Shown here: in pieces, positions 9,307-11,190 of the stretch
Layout: each line of letters starts with the position of its first letter
How positions within the stretch are numbered: position 1 is the first letter of the stretch
The notes under the pieces: generated by a model
Database searches by the model: none
What the model saw: only the letters and a program-made list of their open reading frames with translations
What the model was told of the DNA's origin: nothing
Program-made: the position numbers and the translations under genes
Source of the DNA: Octopus sinensis
Taxonomy: Eukaryota
NCBI RefSeq assembly: GCF_006345805.1
Contig: NW_021827030.1
Span: 1-11,190, forward strand
Reading direction: 5' to 3'
DNA: 11,190 nucleotides

Positions 9307-9559
9307 TAGTGGTTCTCAACCAAGGTTCACATGGCCCTTAGGGGTCCACAGAAGATTTTGCTGCTTAAAATTTCTGATCAATAAATTGGATATACTTCTA
9401 CAATACACAAAATATCTTGTCAATTCTTTAAATATAATTCCTAATAGTATTCAATTATAAAAATATAACAGTTTTCAAAGATCGAGTGACTAGGAGGGTC
9501 CACTGGAGTAAAATAGCAATCAAAGGGGACCAAGGGTAGAAAATGGTTCAGAACCACAG
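9307..9559. mobile_element. Non-autonomous hAT-like (Charlie-type) MITE, ~253 bp
   Basis: The 15-bp TIRs are TAGTGGTTCTCAACC (9307-9321) and GGTTCAGAACCACAG (9545-9559), close to the hAT-type CAGTGGTTCTCAACC terminus. The 8-bp flanks CGTTAGAC and CGTTATGT match at 5/8, with a central TA. Subterminal gggtccac motifs occur near both ends. Confidence 0.8.
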
Positions 9560-9842
9560 CGTTATGTATTTTTCCGTTTCGGTCAATTGTTTTTATCCAA
9601 CCGATTCCTGTTATTTGGAAAAGTAATTGCCGAACCAGCTATAAACATTTATTCAGTGCGTTGTTGACCCTGAACACTTACAAATACGCATATTTTTGCT
9701 TGCTTCGAATATTCACGGCTGTCTGATGATCGGTGACCTGAAACCCTGGGTAACAATTTGCTAAGTCGTTCCAACTTCAGTAGCATATGTGAGCGCGCGT
9801 GCGTGTACCTCGTGCGGCAAAATAACTCCCCATGTTTTACTC

Positions 9843-10357
9843 GGCAAGACTTCCTTTTGTGTCCCCCTCCAAAAAAAGACCCTTAAATTTTTTCTTCTTC
9901 TACACAAACCCCCGTTTTCGGCTACGGGGAATACGATTCAGCAAAAAAATTGACAAAAATCGGCATTTTTAAATTACACCACTTTTTTTTTTCTTCATTA
10001 TAAACTTTTTCAGAATTAAAATTTTTTTTTTTTTGCAAAATATGCGGAAATATACGGAGATTATGATTCTGAAAAAAAATTCCAAAAGTTTTTCTAGTTA
10101 GGGTTAATGTTTTAGGGTTACGGTTAGGGTTGTGGAAAAAAGTGAAAAACGAAGAAATTGGGGAGGTAAAGGACGGGGAAGGGGTTCCAGAAATGTCAAA
10201 ATTCCGATTTTTGGCAATTTTCCGGAATTTCCGTATCTGAAAACTTGGGGGGTTCTTTTGCAAAAAAAAAACAAAAAAACAAAACAAAAAAAGACAAATA
10301 AAAAATAAAAAAAATAAGTTGCGAGAAAATGGGATGGGGACGACAGGAAATCTTTCC
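9843..10357. mobile_element. Non-autonomous DNA transposon with GG-initiated ~27-bp TIRs and 8-bp TSD (Merlin-like; Mutator not excluded), 515 bp
   Basis: The left end is GGCAAGACTTCCTTTTGTGTCCCCCTCC and the reverse complement of the right end is GGAAAGATTTCCTGTCGTCCCCATCCC. The flanks TTTTACTC (9835-9842) and TTTTATTC (10358-10365) match at 7/8. No transposase ORF. Confidence 0.7.
10098..10135 (+). repeat. Degenerate telomere-like hexamers inside the transposon
   Basis: TTAGGG at 10098, 10112 and 10124, with variants TTACGG at 10118 and TTGTGG at 10130. Confidence 0.75.
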
Positions 10358-10702
10358 TTTTATTCTGCTATTGTCAGTCCGATAGTTCAAGTCAGGCAAA
10401 CGGAAAAATGTCTGTTCTATCGAATGCTTTACCGTTTCCCCGAGTTAACCATTATGGTTTTTTGCGGGTGCGCAGCGTGTGTTTCTTCTTGGAACACTGG
10501 TCAAGAATAAATGAACCTCAGTTAGCTTTTTGCTGCAGCGTGTGTGTGTGTGGTGTGTGTGCGCGCGCGTGTTTAATTACGATCTCGGATCAAGTCTTAT
10601 TGCATACGTAGCTCTTAATAAACTTTGATCATCATCTTATGCAAGCCTCGTTTATGCTAGAGGTTAAACTTTTCGACTACGTCCATTTGTATCTCAATTG
10701 TT

Positions 10703-10746
<44 letters not shown>
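10703..10746. repeat. (TA)n(GA)n compound microsatellite
   Basis: Directly visible. Confidence 0.95.
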
Positions 10747-10750
10747 ATAA

Positions 10751-11170
10751 GTGGCTGTGTGGTAAGTGGCTTGCTTACGAACCACATGGTTGCGGGTTCA
10801 GTCCCACTGCATGGCACCTTGGGCAAGTGTCTTCTACTATAGCCTCGTGCCAACCAAAGACTTGTGAGTGGATTGGAAGACGGAAACTGAAAGAAGCCGT
10901 CATATATATATATATAAATATATATATATTTATTATATATATATATATATATATGTGTGGTGTGTGTGTGTGTATGTGTCTGTGTTTGTTCCCCCAACAT
11001 CGCTTGACAACCGATGCTGGTGTGTTTACGTCCCCGTAACTTAGCGGTTCGACAAAAGTGACCGATAGAATAAGTACTAGGCTTACAAAAAAAATAAGTC
11101 CTCGGGCCGATTTGCTCCACTAAAGGCGGTGCTCCAGCATGGTCACTGTCAAATGGCTGAAACAAGTAAA
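10751..11170 (+). mobile_element. Family A CORE-type SINE, near full length
   Basis: Head gtggctgtgtggtaagtggcttgc, B-box-like gggttcagtccc, CORE-like ccttgggcaagtgtcttc, an expanded internal TA/TG tract, and tail ctgaaacaagtaaa. Colinear with 1797-2197. Confidence 0.92.
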
Positions 11171-11190
11171 TGACTAAATGTGTGTGTTTG

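Noticed and set aside
10589-10630. Short hairpin (gatcaagtcttatt / aataaactttgatc) as a pre-miRNA
   Set aside because: It has only ~13 bp with two bulges, which is too short and AT-rich for a credible precursor.
1-11190. CRISPR array, operon or prokaryotic defence system
   Set aside because: There are no regularly spaced repeats with unique spacers and no gene-dense coding. All repeats are eukaryotic microsatellites, SINEs or MITEs.

Overview
This window is eukaryotic, repeat-saturated, mostly non-coding DNA. It is very likely from an octopus, inferred from tRNA-derived SINE families I recall from Octopus and from the extreme microsatellite density. It holds four copies of a CORE-type SINE with an internal microsatellite (two fused as a tandem dimer), pieces of two other tRNA-derived SINE families, and many simple repeats. 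There are two short non-autonomous DNA transposons: a hAT-like MITE at 9307-9559 and a GG-terminated element with an 8-bp TSD at 9843-10357 that carries telomere-like TTAGGG units. A perfect 24-bp inverted repeat lies at 3528-3637. There is no complete protein-coding gene, and nearly all ORFs in the supplied track are translations of microsatellites. The best genic signal is a candidate first coding exon at 128-168 (+), which would make most of the window intronic. I found no evidence of a multi-gene novel system; the most interesting items are small structural elements.
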